NCBI GenBank assembly: GCA_963760095.1
Contig: CAVXBT010000014.1
Span: 64,359-128,358 of the forward strand
Length of the DNA stretch: 64,000 nucleotides
DNA from: an uncultured Actinomycetota bacterium
Lineage (GTDB): Bacteria > Actinomycetota > Actinomycetes > Mycobacteriales > Mycobacteriaceae
Direction: 5' to 3'
Shown here: positions 1-10,117 of the stretch, in pieces
Position numbering within the stretch: position 1 is the stretch's first letter
How the letters are laid out: each line of letters begins with the position of its first letter
Position numbers and translations under genes: made by a program
Notes under the pieces: generated by a model
What the model was told of the DNA's origin: nothing
Seen by the model: the letters and a program-made list of their open reading frames with translations, nothing else
Database searches by the model: none

Positions 1-833
1 AAGTCGGTGACAAACATTCGGCGGCCCTTCCGATCCAGGGCGATGCCGATTCCTTCCATCAAGTGCGTGAAGATGATCTCAGGAGCGGGGCGCTCCTTCA
101 CATCCGAATCCATCGGCGCGCGATTCACCGTATTGCCGCGCGGCGGATCACCCCGGTCGGTCCAATACATGACGCGAGTCTTGAGATCGAGCTCAAGGTC
201 GATCGGCTCCGGCAGCCCGTCATAAAGAAGTTCGATGTCTGTTCGATTACCCGCCGTCTGGCCCGCGGGAATTTCGATGCCGGCGCGGAGCAGACGGCCC
301 TTGCCGGCGTTGTCGGGACCTTTTTGTGTCCAGTAGACCTGGTCGCCATCGACGTCGATGGCCACGCCCACGCACCATTTTTCAGGATCCGGCCCCGGTC
401 GCGGGTCGCCCTGGCCGGTGTCAACGAGGGTCTCGATGTCCGAGCCGTCGAGATTGGCGCGCATCAGGCGCATCCCCTCGCGGTCACACCAGTACAGCTT
501 TCTGCTGGTCTTTTCGAGCTGCAACTGCTTGGGAGTGAACGTGCCGCCTTCGGGAACGATCGTCCTGCGATTCTGCCCGTCCAGGTCAGCTCGCTCGATG
601 GAACCGTCGTCCGCCGCGGGATGCCCCATGTTGGTCCAGTAAATGTGTCCCGCCGTGACATCGACCGCGATGCCATCGGGATATCTGCACTCAGTCACGA
701 TGACCTTGCGGTCCGAGCCGTCCGGATTCAGCGAAATGACACGGTCACTGCTGAGTTCCAAGAGAAACAGTCGGCTGACTGCGGTTTGATCGCCGGACGC
801 ATGTTGCCGCTCCGGGATTTGTGAACTGACCAT
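1..833 (-). CDS. YWTD/LDL-receptor class B repeat beta-propeller protein, partial (runs off the left edge)
   Basis: Manual translation from ATG 833: MVSSQIPERQ...PDGIAVDVTAGHIYWTNMG...RKLYWCDREG...DQVYWTQKG...RVMYWTDRG...RRMFVTD. Repeated YWTD-like motifs, no stop before the edge. Absent from the ORF track. Confidence 0.85.
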   Translation of the reverse strand, partial: MVSSQIPERQHASGDQTAVSRLFLLELSSDRVISLNPDGSDRKVIVTECRYPDGIAVDVTAGHIYWTNMGHPAADDGSIERADLDGQNRRTIVPEGGTFTPKQLQLEKTSRKLYWCDREGMRLMRANLDGSDIETLVDTGQGDPRPGPDPEKWCVGVAIDVDGDQVYWTQKGPDNAGKGRLLRAGIEIPAGQTAGNRTDIELLYDGLPEPIDLELDLKTRVMYWTDRGDPPRGNTVNRAPMDSDVKERPAPEIIFTHLMEGIGIALDRKGRRMFVTD

Positions 834-1075
834 ATGTCTTTACTCCAGGTACTCAGTTGGGATCCGAACCGGATACCGGATTCACCGCTGTGCGAGGTAA
901 TTCCATCGTTGAGCAAGCCGACGACCCAGTCGATGTGTTTGTTGACAGGGATCGACAGCAAGCCTTTGTCCGCGGCGACAGTCGCCTGCGCCGCCTCGAG
1001 ATCAGCTGCCGCAGGGCGGTCGTCGGCGCAGTATGAGGCCGTCGGGCGAGCTGGACCCTGGGCCTGTCGTTCATC

Positions 1076-1492
1076 GTGCTGACGGTCGCGTTCCACACCA
1101 CCGGGGTGGTGCTGATGGCGTTCGTCGGAACGCGGATTCGGGTCAGGGTTGAGAAGCAGAAGCTCAATCCGCTGCGAGTAATTGCGATCCTCAGCGGCGT
1201 CATCGCAGCGGTCGCGGTGATCTTGGCCGTGCTGCACGGGCTGGAGGCCATGCTCTGGGCGGCGGCATATCTGTGGCTTGGCGCGTTCGGCTCGTATATC
1301 GACGCGCTGCTCTATTCCTTGGGCACGATGACGTCGGCCAGCACAGCGGAAGTGGGATCCCAGTGGCATATGGTGAGCGCGCTGGACGCGATGGACGGCG
1401 CGCTACTGTTCGGCATCAGCACGGCGTTCATTTTCACGGTGATGCAGGACTACTGGCCGATGCTCTCCCGCGGACGCCCCGGGACGCCCTGA
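1076..1492 (+). CDS. Small membrane protein, Ion_trans_2 (K+ channel pore)-like with a degenerate filter; 5' end possibly frameshifted
   Basis: Hydrophobic helices flank LLYSLGTMTS...QWHMVSALDAMDGALLFGISTAFIF. The upstream ATG at 1033 is 1 nt out of frame. Confidence 0.55.
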   Translation: MLTVAFHTTGVVLMAFVGTRIRVRVEKQKLNPLRVIAILSGVIAAVAVILAVLHGLEAMLWAAAYLWLGAFGSYIDALLYSLGTMTSASTAEVGSQWHMVSALDAMDGALLFGISTAFIFTVMQDYWPMLSRGRPGTP

Positions 1493-1742
1493 TTGGGAGC
1501 GTCCGCTAGGTCGGCGCCAGGACAAATCGCCTGCAATATTCGCTGTGACCGGGCACTCCCGCGTGGGGTCCGCATCTTCCAGAACGCGCTGCCAATCTCA
1601 TTGATCGAACTGCCACATCGCGCGTGCACCGCGATCTGATGCCCGCAGGGACTTCAGCTTTTTGATGTGTGTACTGGGCTGTCGCAAGTCGAAGTTCGTC
1701 GTGGAATAGCCCGGCTGGGGCGCGGTCCGGTGAGACGATGAC

Positions 1743-2441
1743 GTGATGGCAATGTCATCTCAGCCCAGCCCCCGCCCGCTGACGACGCCCCGTGCTGCCG
1801 CGTTGGCCGGTGTGGTCTTTGCGGTGTTGTTTGGCGCCGTGCTGATCCTGATTCGCACCAAAATGCCTGAGGGCACCGCAGATTCGTCCGAATGGCTGAA
1901 TAGTCGCGGCAGCGGGATCGAGATCGCGAAGACGCTGATGCCGTTCGCGGGCATCAGTTTCTTGTGGTTCATCGGGGTGGTCCGCGACGGGTTGGGGCGC
2001 TATGAAGACAAGTTCTTTGCGTCGGTCTTCATCTGCAGCGGTGTGCTGTTTTTGGCCATGATGTTCGTCTCGACCGCTGCGGCTGCCGGCTTGGTAGCCA
2101 GTAACGGCGGGATCACCGATCCGTCGGCGCATGTGGCGACGATCCAGTTCGCGAAGACGATGATGCTGTCGGCCAGTCAGACTTATGCGGTCCGGATGGC
2201 TGCGGTGTTCATGATGTCGCTGGCAACGATTTGGCTTCGGACGGGCTTGATGCCACGGTGGCTGGTCGGCCTGAGCTATCTGGCCGCCGTTGGATTGCTG
2301 GTGGCCAGCGACATCAGCATGTGGATCACGATGGCGTTCCCGGTCTGGGTGTTGATGGTCAGCGGCTTGCTGTTGGCCCGAGCGGGGTTGTTCGAGGAAC
2401 TGAGGGCTGGTGGGGGTGGGCCGTCGGAGGCTGCCCGGTGA
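1743..2441 (+). CDS. Multi-pass membrane protein of unknown function
   Basis: 232 aa ORF with about six hydrophobic segments and protein-like composition. Confidence 0.75.
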   Translation: MMAMSSQPSPRPLTTPRAAALAGVVFAVLFGAVLILIRTKMPEGTADSSEWLNSRGSGIEIAKTLMPFAGISFLWFIGVVRDGLGRYEDKFFASVFICSGVLFLAMMFVSTAAAAGLVASNGGITDPSAHVATIQFAKTMMLSASQTYAVRMAAVFMMSLATIWLRTGLMPRWLVGLSYLAAVGLLVASDISMWITMAFPVWVLMVSGLLLARAGLFEELRAGGGGPSEAAR

Positions 2442-2551
2442 ACGCGGATGCGATGGTGGTCGCTTGGTTGAGTGGTCGCCGACGAAATGGTTTAGGGGGT
2501 GTGATCGGGGCGTGCTGTTCGCACGGATAGCGCAGAGGAGGAGTCCGAAGG

Positions 2552-2791
2552 ATGCCGATGAGTGATCATGACTGGAGCAAGCCAGCGGCGGTGGCCATTC
2601 CGAAGGAGGGTTACTTTGAGCTCGGACGATTGCCGCCCGCTTGGACATGTCACTGGGTGCGGTGCAAAAGTCGCAGCGCCGGGTGCAGTAGCTCGCCGAC
2701 GCCATGGCCGGCGGGGAGCCGGGCGACGTGGTCGCGACGCCGACAGCACAAATTGACCACATTCTGCGTGATTCGGCGTGACTTGCCGTGA
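2552..2791 (+). pseudogene. Fusion scar: 5' stub of a conserved gene joined to an HTH gene fragment
   Basis: Strong RBS GAGGAGGAG then MPMSDHDWSKPAAVAIPKEGYFEL. After about 2620 another frame reads RTIAARLDMSLGAVQKSQRRVQ*LADAMAGG (HTH-like, internal stop). Confidence 0.5.
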
Positions 2792-2886
2792 CGTGTTTCC
2801 GTAGCTAGAGCCGGGTTTGAACCCCTGAGCAGCACCGCTGAATAGGGTCTAAGTCCCTCCGCCACCGCCACCGCGACGGAGATGTG

Positions 2887-3669
2887 TCACGGGCTTCCGG
2901 GATGCAGGCCGTCGCGGATGCCTTTCACATCGTCGTTGATGCCCTGCAGATCACCCTGGATGGCTTGTAAAGCGGATTGGGAATCCTGCAACACCTGCCG
3001 CGTCTTGTCGGACTGTGCAGGTTCGTACTTGGGGCAATACGAGATCACTGCAGCGGCAGTGACATCGGCACTTTGATCCGCGTCCCAGATCGACGATCGC
3101 TGCACGAAGCGCACGGCCTCTTCGTAGTCGGGGTGCCGGTCGAGAAAGTCGCAGACCGCGTGCCCTTGGGCCGTGACGTAGTCATTGCTGGGAACTGGCA
3201 CGCCCTCGTGTTGCAACGCACCGATCAACGCCCTGTCGACGATGCCAAGCTGCGGGGCGTGGCTGAGTGGTGGAGTTGGTGGTTGCTGCGCAGCCGGGCT
3301 GGGTCGCTCAACTGACGGCGGGTCTGCCGCTGGATCGGCGGTCGGATGGGTGCGGTGGATCGCGAACATCACGACTGCCGCGGCGACGGTCGCGACCAGA
3401 GACAGCGGCAGCGCCAACGGGAGACCGAAGCGGCGCCGGACACGCTTGCGTCGGTAAGGAGCGATGTCGTCGTACTTATTGCGCGGCGACCGGGTACGGG
3501 GAACAGCCGCTATCGGATCTGGTTCGTCCGGCTCCGGGTGGTGCCCCAGGCGCTCGTCAAGAAGTCTGTCGAGCTCACGACTGGACAACTCGCCGCCGTG
3601 CTCGCCGAGTAGACGGCGCTCAGCTGCCAGACGCCGCAACTCGGAGTCGATCGTCTCGCGATCGCGCAT
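2887..3669 (-). CDS. DUF732 domain membrane-anchored protein
   Basis: N-terminal helical region, one TM helix and a Pro linker. C-terminal GHAVCDFL...AAVISYCP two-Cys DUF732 pattern. Confidence 0.8.
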   Translation of the reverse strand: MRDRETIDSELRRLAAERRLLGEHGGELSSRELDRLLDERLGHHPEPDEPDPIAAVPRTRSPRNKYDDIAPYRRKRVRRRFGLPLALPLSLVATVAAAVVMFAIHRTHPTADPAADPPSVERPSPAAQQPPTPPLSHAPQLGIVDRALIGALQHEGVPVPSNDYVTAQGHAVCDFLDRHPDYEEAVRFVQRSSIWDADQSADVTAAAVISYCPKYEPAQSDKTRQVLQDSQSALQAIQGDLQGINDDVKGIRDGLHPGSP

Positions 3670-3720
3670 GCTCTGAGCTTAGGACTACATGGCCGGTGAG
3701 CGCCTCGTGTTTTCTTGCTG

Positions 3721-4095
3721 TCAATGCGGCCCGACCCCGATTTCGTCGCAAATCGGGCCGACGATCCACAGGCCGCCGCGTGGAGTGCAGAACGGCTGAT
3801 CGGGCGTAGGCGGCGGTGGCGGAGGCGGGGGCGTCAGCACCGGGGGCGCAATGTCCGCCGAAAACCAGCTGTCAGTCGGATTCCCCCGGTAGTCGACCAT
3901 CGGTACATTGCCGGTTCCGAGCTTGGTGATGAAGTAGTTATGGCACACGTTCATGTCCCAGCGAATACCGCGGTCTGGCGGTGCCTGACCTGGGCACCAG
4001 GTCATCACATTCACGCTCGGGTCCGCCTGGACGGGACCTGCGCCGAGCCCAAGACCGGCCAGCGCGAGGCTGCCAGACACCGCGACCGTCGTCAT
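3721..4095 (-). CDS. Secreted Cys/Pro-rich hypothetical protein
   Basis: Signal-like MTTVAVSGSLALAGLGLGAGPVQA-DP, WCPG...WDMNVCHNY motif and poly-Pro tract. Start uncertain (ORF extends to 4188). Confidence 0.7.
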   Translation of the reverse strand: MTTVAVSGSLALAGLGLGAGPVQADPSVNVMTWCPGQAPPDRGIRWDMNVCHNYFITKLGTGNVPMVDYRGNPTDSWFSADIAPPVLTPPPPPPPPTPDQPFCTPRGGLWIVGPICDEIGVGPH

Positions 4096-4221
4096 GAACC
4101 GTGAAATGCTGCGGATGATCGCTAGTTTGCGCCCGCGGCGGGCGGAACGCATGGGGAATCTTCCCCACATTCCCCGTCGCTGGGGCACAGTGGAGCCTCT
4201 ACTCAGTTACGGGGGGTTGTT

Positions 4222-5505
4222 GTGAGCCCTCTTCGGCAGGTCGGTCGCTCACTTATCATCGCGGTGTTTGTCGGCGGCGCGACGTTGGCGCCGATCGCTC
4301 GGGCAGACGATCCGGATGACGCGTTGACCGCGTTGATGATGGGCGGCACGACGATGCCGACGCCCAGCGAGTTCTGGCAGGACACCATCATCACCGACTA
4401 CATCGACCCGGCCACCGGCGAGAACTACAGCCCGTTGCTGGTTCCGACACCCGAATCGGGTGCCAGTACCTCGCTGCCGGTCGGCCTGGCCAACCTGCAG
4501 GCGGCGATGGCTCAGCAGCCCGCGAACCAGCCCTACCTGGTCGAGGGTTACTCACAAAGCGCGCAGATCGCGATCGACGAAAAAGTCGGTCTCATACAGG
4601 CCGGGTCCCCACCACCCGACGTCACTTTTCTGCTACTCGGTTCGGGTAATCGCCCCGACGGCGGGTTCCTGGAGCGGTTCCCCGGTTTGGTCATTCCGGG
4701 TGCACCGGGTTTCGACTTCAACGGCGCCGAGCCGACCGATGCCGGCATCACCACGATCGACATCGCGAACCAGTACGATGCCGTCGCGGATTTTCCGCAG
4801 TACCCGATCAACGTGGTGGCCGACCTCAACTCGCTGATGGGTTTCATCTACGCCCACGCGGCCTACGGGGATGGCCCGCTGCCCTATGACGTCCCCGCCA
4901 TCTAGCCATCCTCGGATCCGCTGAGCGGACCGTACGCCAGCGAATACGTCTTGGGGTCCACCGAAACCGTCAAACAGGTCGACGGCGACACCACGTTCTA
5001 TTTCATCCCGACCAACGACCTGCCGCTGCTCGACCCGCTGCACAGTCTGGGTGTGCCCGAGTCGGTGCTCAACATCGTCCAGCCGGCACTGCAGGTCATC
5101 GTCGAAGCCGGCTACGACCGATCCACGCCGTTCGGCGACCCGACACCGGCCGAGCTGATCCCCACCATCGACCCGGCGACGTTCACCCTCGAATTCACGA
5201 ACGCCGTCGTCCAGGGCGCCGACAACGCCTTCGAACTCTTCGGAGCCCAGCTACCCGGATTCGCCGAGCTGGAGAGCCTGTTCACGTCGGCCGAGACGTG
5301 GTCCGAAGCGAACGTCGAAGTCCCCTACGACCAAGTCGTCACCGAACTCAACAACGACGTCAACCCGCTCACCCTCTTCGCTGGGTTGGAGGGGCCGATT
5401 GGCACGGACATTCAGAACCTGTTGGATCTCAGCGGGATACAACAAGACCTTCTCGACCCGGTCCTCGGACTCGTCGGTTCGCTCGGCGGATTGGTCACCA
5501 GCTGA
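4222..5505 (+). pseudogene. PE-PPE domain (cutinase-like serine hydrolase) gene interrupted by one in-frame TAG at 4903-4905
   Basis: ORFs 4222-4905 and 4951-5505 share a frame, separated only by the TAG. GYSQSA nucleophile motif and signal peptide; the typical PE-PPE continuation TTFYFIPTNDLPLLDPL follows the stop. Confidence 0.8.
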
Positions 5506-5565
5506 ACAGTTCACCGATTCGTGGATTCGGCGAAAGTAGCCTCCTGCCGAGGCTTTAATGAGGCG

Positions 5566-6927
5566 ATGGAACTGATGACCCCCACCGATTCGGTGTTTCT
5601 GATGACCGAATCGCGCGAGCACCCCATGCATGTCGGCGGGCTGCAGCTGTTCCAGCCGCCGGAGGGTGCCGGTCCGGAGTTCGTCCGGGAAACCTATGAC
5701 GCGTTGGTCGCCAACCGCGATTTCCAGCCCACCTTCCGCAAGCGACCCGCGAGGCTGCTCGGCGGAATCGGCAACGTCGCGTGGGCCTACGACGACGCGG
5801 ATGACATCGACATCGAGTATCACGTGCGGCGCTCGGCGCTGCCCACACCAGGCCGGGTCCGCGAGCTGCTCGAGCTGACCTCGCGCCTGCACAGCAGCCT
5901 GCTCGACCGGCACCACCCGCTGTGGGAAGCGCATTTCGTGGAGGGATTGAACGACGGCAGATTCGCCGTCTACAGCAAGTTCCACCACTCGCTGATCGAC
6001 GGTGTCTCCGCGTTGCGGCTGATGCAGCGGACGCTGTCGACCGATCCCGATGATTCTGAGCTGCAAGCGATTTGGAGCCTCCCCCGACGTCACCGTCAGT
6101 CAGCCGGCAAGTCCAGGTGGCAGACGCTGACCCAGTTGGCGGGCTCTGTTGCGGCGTTTGGTCCGTCGACCTGGTCGCTGGCCCGTGCCGCGCTGGTGGA
6201 GCAGCAGTTGACGTTACCGTTCGCCGCGCCGAGGACCATGTTCAACGTTCCCATCGGCGGTGCGCGGCGAGTGGCCGCCCAGTCGTGGACGCTGGACCGG
6301 TTCAAAAGCATCAAGCGGGCCGCCGGGGTGACGGTTAACGACGTCGTTCTGGCGATGTGCGCCGGTGCGCTGCGCGAGTACCTGCTGGATCAACAAGCGC
6401 TGCCCGACACGCCGCTGATCGCGATGGTCCCGGTGAGCATGCGTTCGGAGGAAGAGGCCGACAGCGGCGGCAACCAGGTCGGCGCCCTCTTGTGCAACCT
6501 GGCCACCGATGTGGACGATCCGGCGAAGCGGCTCAAGACGATCAGCGCATCGATGCGGGGCAACAAAAAGATTTTCTCCGAATTGCCTCGGCTGCAAGCG
6601 TTTGCGTTGTCCGCGTTTCTTATCGCACCGCTCGGGCTCGCCGCGGTGCCGGGTTTCGTCTCGTCGGCGCCACCGCCGTTCAATATCGTCATCTCCAACG
6701 TGCCTGGGCCGACCGAGCCGATGTACTGGGGAGGTGCCCGGCTGGACGGCAACTACCCGCTGTCGATCGCGCTGGACGGGCAGGCGTTGAACATCACGCT
6801 GGCCAACAACGCCGACAACATCGACTTCGGTTTGGTCGGATGCCGGCGAAGTGTGCCGCATCTGCAGAGGTTGCTCGGCCACCTGGAAAGCTCGCTCAAG
6901 GATTTGGAGCGCGCGGTCGGGGTCTGA
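5566..6927 (+). CDS. tgs2: Wax ester/triacylglycerol synthase (WS/DGAT), Rv3734c ortholog
   Basis: HHSLIDG catalytic motif, ESREHPMHVGGL N-terminus, synteny with the NUDIX gene and ligC. Confidence 0.9.
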   Translation: MELMTPTDSVFLMTESREHPMHVGGLQLFQPPEGAGPEFVRETYDALVANRDFQPTFRKRPARLLGGIGNVAWAYDDADDIDIEYHVRRSALPTPGRVRELLELTSRLHSSLLDRHHPLWEAHFVEGLNDGRFAVYSKFHHSLIDGVSALRLMQRTLSTDPDDSELQAIWSLPRRHRQSAGKSRWQTLTQLAGSVAAFGPSTWSLARAALVEQQLTLPFAAPRTMFNVPIGGARRVAAQSWTLDRFKSIKRAAGVTVNDVVLAMCAGALREYLLDQQALPDTPLIAMVPVSMRSEEEADSGGNQVGALLCNLATDVDDPAKRLKTISASMRGNKKIFSELPRLQAFALSAFLIAPLGLAAVPGFVSSAPPPFNIVISNVPGPTEPMYWGGARLDGNYPLSIALDGQALNITLANNADNIDFGLVGCRRSVPHLQRLLGHLESSLKDLERAVGV

Positions 6928-6930
6928 GAC

Positions 6931-7416
6931 GTGCCCAAGCTCAGTGCGGGACTGTTGCTCCACCGGGAGCGCGACGGCGTTGTCGAGGTTCTTGTCGGAC
7001 ATCCGGGCGGACCGTTCTGGGCCCGCAAAGACGATGGCGCATGGTCGATTCCGAAGGGCGAGTACACCGACGGCGAAGACCCGTGGGCGGCCGCGCAACG
7101 TGAATTCCAAGAAGAGGCGGGGTTGGCGCCGCCGACCGGGCCGCGGATCGATCTCGGTCTTTTCAAGCAGCCCAGCGGCAAGGTGCTGACCGTGTTCGCG
7201 GTGCGCGGTGACCTGGACATCACCGACGCGCACAGCAACACCTTCGAGCTGGAATGGCCGAAGGGATCCGGACGGTTGCGGCAATTCCCCGAGATCGACC
7301 GACTCGCTTGGTTTTCCGTCGAGCTCGCCCGGGTCAAATTACTGAAAGGCCAGCTTCCTTGCCTCGATCTCTTGATGGCACACGCGAGCTTGGCCGGTTT
7401 GCGTCAGGGTTGGTGA
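6931..7416 (+). CDS. NUDIX hydrolase (Rv3733c-like)
   Basis: PKGEYTDGEDPWAAAQREFQEEAG Nudix box; synteny with tgs2. Confidence 0.9.
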   Translation: MPKLSAGLLLHRERDGVVEVLVGHPGGPFWARKDDGAWSIPKGEYTDGEDPWAAAQREFQEEAGLAPPTGPRIDLGLFKQPSGKVLTVFAVRGDLDITDAHSNTFELEWPKGSGRLRQFPEIDRLAWFSVELARVKLLKGQLPCLDLLMAHASLAGLRQGW

Positions 7417-7437
7417 ACCCGGCGTATCTTCACACTC

Positions 7438-8343
7438 ATGCAGACCCTGCGAACACCTGACGACCGGTTCACCGATCTACCCGAATTCCCTTACAAGCCA
7501 AACTATTGCGACGTCTCCGATGACGACGGCGGCACGCTGCGGATGGCATGGGTGCAAGACGGACCGGACGACGCCGACCCGGTGCTCTTGTTGCATGGGG
7601 AGCCGTCCTGGTCGTTCCTGTACCGCAAGATGATTCCGGTTCTGGCCGAAGCGGGCCATCGCGTGGTCTGTCCGGACCTGGTCGGCTTCGGTCGCTCGGA
7701 CAAGCCGGCCCGCGTCGAGGACCACACCTACGCCCGCCACGTCGAATGGGTGCGAACACTGGTTTTCGACAATCTGGATTTGCATCGGGTGACCCTGGTC
7801 GGGCAGGACTGGGGCGGGCTGATCGGGTTGCGGCTGGCCGCCGAGCATCCCGAACGCTTCAGCAGGCTGGTGGTCGCCAACACCGGGCTGCCCACCGGTG
7901 ACATCCCGATGCCGAAGATCTGGTGGCGGTTTCGCGAGGCGATCCAGACGGCTCCGGCGATCGACGTCGGCCGCTTCGTGCAGGGTGGCTGCCGTCGGCC
8001 GATGAGCGACGCGGTGCGGGAAGCCTACGACGCGCCGTTTCCCGACGACACCTATTGCGCTGCACCGCGTGCCATGCCCGGTTTGGTGCCGACGTCGCCG
8101 GACGATCCTGCGGCGGCGGCCAACCGATCCGCGTGGGCCGCGCGATCCGCGAGCTCGACCCCTATGCTGGTCGCATTCAGTGACGGCGATCCGATCACCG
8201 GAGGCATGGCGCCGATCTTTAAGCGCGAGATGCCGGGCGCGCAGGGGATCGATCATCCGGTGGTACGCAATGCCGGGCATTTCTTGCAAGAGGATGCCGG
8301 CGAAGAACTCGCCGGGTATGTTGTCGACTTCTTACGCAGCTGA
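7438..8343 (+). CDS. Haloalkane dehalogenase (DhmA/DhlA-like alpha/beta hydrolase)
   Basis: LHGEPSW, QDWG nucleophile, FSDGDPIT acid and HFLQED base motifs. Confidence 0.88.
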   Translation: MQTLRTPDDRFTDLPEFPYKPNYCDVSDDDGGTLRMAWVQDGPDDADPVLLLHGEPSWSFLYRKMIPVLAEAGHRVVCPDLVGFGRSDKPARVEDHTYARHVEWVRTLVFDNLDLHRVTLVGQDWGGLIGLRLAAEHPERFSRLVVANTGLPTGDIPMPKIWWRFREAIQTAPAIDVGRFVQGGCRRPMSDAVREAYDAPFPDDTYCAAPRAMPGLVPTSPDDPAAAANRSAWAARSASSTPMLVAFSDGDPITGGMAPIFKREMPGAQGIDHPVVRNAGHFLQEDAGEELAGYVVDFLRS

Positions 8344-8348
8344 GCGCG

Positions 8349-8789
8349 TCAGCACGACACCGTGATGGCGAACGTCTCCGCCGCCAACTGAGTCCGTTTG
8401 GCGTCGTTGAAACCCAGCGCCGCGCCGGTGATGTGATAGGTGGGACCCGTCATCGTGACTGTCGCCTCGCCCTGCAGTTCACGCTCGTAGGAACCGGTGA
8501 AGCCACCGAGGTCCTGGAATCGCACGAACTCGGCCTTCAAATGGTTGGCATTGGACAGCATCGCGGTCATGCCCGACTTGTCGAGGGCGGTGTGGATCCT
8601 CGTCATCCATTCGATCGACTCGCAACGCACCGAATACGTGGTGCCCACGTCTTTGCCGTCAATGGTGAGCGCTGCGGTACCGGGCGGCAAAACCCCGGGC
8701 CTGGGCGGGGCTGCCTTGTCGGACGAGCAGCCGGCGGTAATGCCGATCATCAGCACGGCCGCAGCGGCAAGGCCGATTCCGTTCTTCAC
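8349..8789 (-). CDS. LpqH (19-kDa antigen) family lipoprotein
   Basis: Lipobox ITAG-C, ALTIDGKD...SVRC motif, C-terminal FAITVSC. Start uncertain. Confidence 0.8.
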   Translation of the reverse strand: MKNGIGLAAAAVLMIGITAGCSSDKAAPPRPGVLPPGTAALTIDGKDVGTTYSVRCESIEWMTRIHTALDKSGMTAMLSNANHLKAEFVRFQDLGGFTGSYERELQGEATVTMTGPTYHITGAALGFNDAKRTQLAAETFAITVSC

Positions 8790-8884
8790 AGGTCGAAACC
8801 TAGCGCCACCCGTGCGCAAATGCATTACCGAATCTCGACGACCGTAGCCACCTGCATGTTCTTTGTCGCCTGCACAATACAAAT

Positions 8885-10117
8885 ATGACCGCCACGTCGA
8901 GTGTCGCCGGCCCGCAGGAACTGCTGATGCAATTGCTGAATCCGGCCAACCGCGCCAACCCGTATCCGGTGTACGAGCAGTTCCGGGAACGCGGCCCCAT
9001 CCAGTTGCCGGGAGCCAACCTCACCGTGTTCTCGGGCTTTCGTGACTGCGACGAGGTGTTGCGGCATCCGTCGTCCTCTGTCGACCGGTTCCAGTCGACG
9101 GTCGCTCAACGCATGCTCGCCGACGGTGCGCTACCACGTCCGATGGGGCCGCAGGGATTCTTGTTTCTCGATCCGCCCGACCACACCCGGCTGCGCAAAC
9201 TGGTCAGCAAGGCGTTTGTGCCCAGGGTGGTCAACGAATTGGCGCCGCACATCACCGACGTGGTCGGCGGATTGCTGGACCGGATCGCCGAACGTCGCCG
9301 GTTCGACGTCGTCAGGGATCTGGCGTATCCGCTGCCGGTGGCGGTGATCTGCCGGCTGCTGGGCGTTCCGCTGGAGGACGAGGCGGGATTCGGCCGCGCC
9401 TCGGCGCTGCTGGCGCAGGCGCTGGACCCTTTCTTCGCGATCACCGGCGAACCGGCGGCGGGGATGGAGGAGCGCATCGCCGCCGGCCGGTGGCTGCGGG
9501 AGTATCTGCACGGCCTGATCGCCCAGCGCCGGTCCCGGCCCGGCGACGATCTGATGTCACGCCTGATCGCCGTCGAGGAGTCCGGCGATCAGCTGACCGA
9601 AGACGAGATCGTCTCGACGTGCAACCTGTTGCTCATTGCCGGGCACGAGACCACCGTGAACCTGATCGCCAACGCCATCTTGGCGATGTTGCGCCACCCC
9701 GCCGAGTGGGCCGCGCTGGGTGGTGAGGCCGACCGTGCGTCGGCGGTCATCGAGGAAACGCTGCGCTACGACCCGCCGGTGCAATTGGTGGTCCGAATCG
9801 CCGCCGACGACATGACGGTCGGTGACACCGAGGTGGCCAAGGGCGACACCATGATGATGCTGCTGGCCGCGGCTCAGCGTGATCCCGCCGAATTCGAGCA
9901 AGCAGGGACGTTCGACCCGGATCGAAATGCTTTCCGGCACTTAGCGTTCGGGCGTGGTCTGCATTACTGTCTGGGCGCTCCGCTGGCCCGCCTGGAGGCC
10001 GCCGTGGCGCTGTCGGCGGTGACGGCGCGATTCCCCGGCGCGCGACTGGACGGTGAGCCGGTCTACAAACCCAACGTCACGCTGCGCGGGCTGGCGACGC
10101 TCGAGGTGACGGTCTAG
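8885..10117 (+). CDS. Cytochrome P450 (CYP164A-like)
   Basis: AGHETT I-helix, EETLR ExxR, FGRGLHYCLG heme-Cys motif. N-terminus resembles CYP164A as recalled. Confidence 0.92.
   Translation: MTATSSVAGPQELLMQLLNPANRANPYPVYEQFRERGPIQLPGANLTVFSGFRDCDEVLRHPSSSVDRFQSTVAQRMLADGALPRPMGPQGFLFLDPPDHTRLRKLVSKAFVPRVVNELAPHITDVVGGLLDRIAERRRFDVVRDLAYPLPVAVICRLLGVPLEDEAGFGRASALLAQALDPFFAITGEPAAGMEERIAAGRWLREYLHGLIAQRRSRPGDDLMSRLIAVEESGDQLTEDEIVSTCNLLLIAGHETTVNLIANAILAMLRHPAEWAALGGEADRASAVIEETLRYDPPVQLVVRIAADDMTVGDTEVAKGDTMMMLLAAAQRDPAEFEQAGTFDPDRNAFRHLAFGRGLHYCLGAPLARLEAAVALSAVTARFPGARLDGEPVYKPNVTLRGLATLEVTV

Noticed and set aside
7-824. Plus-strand ORFs 7-225 and 63-824
   Set aside because: Antisense shadows of the YWTD propeller gene.
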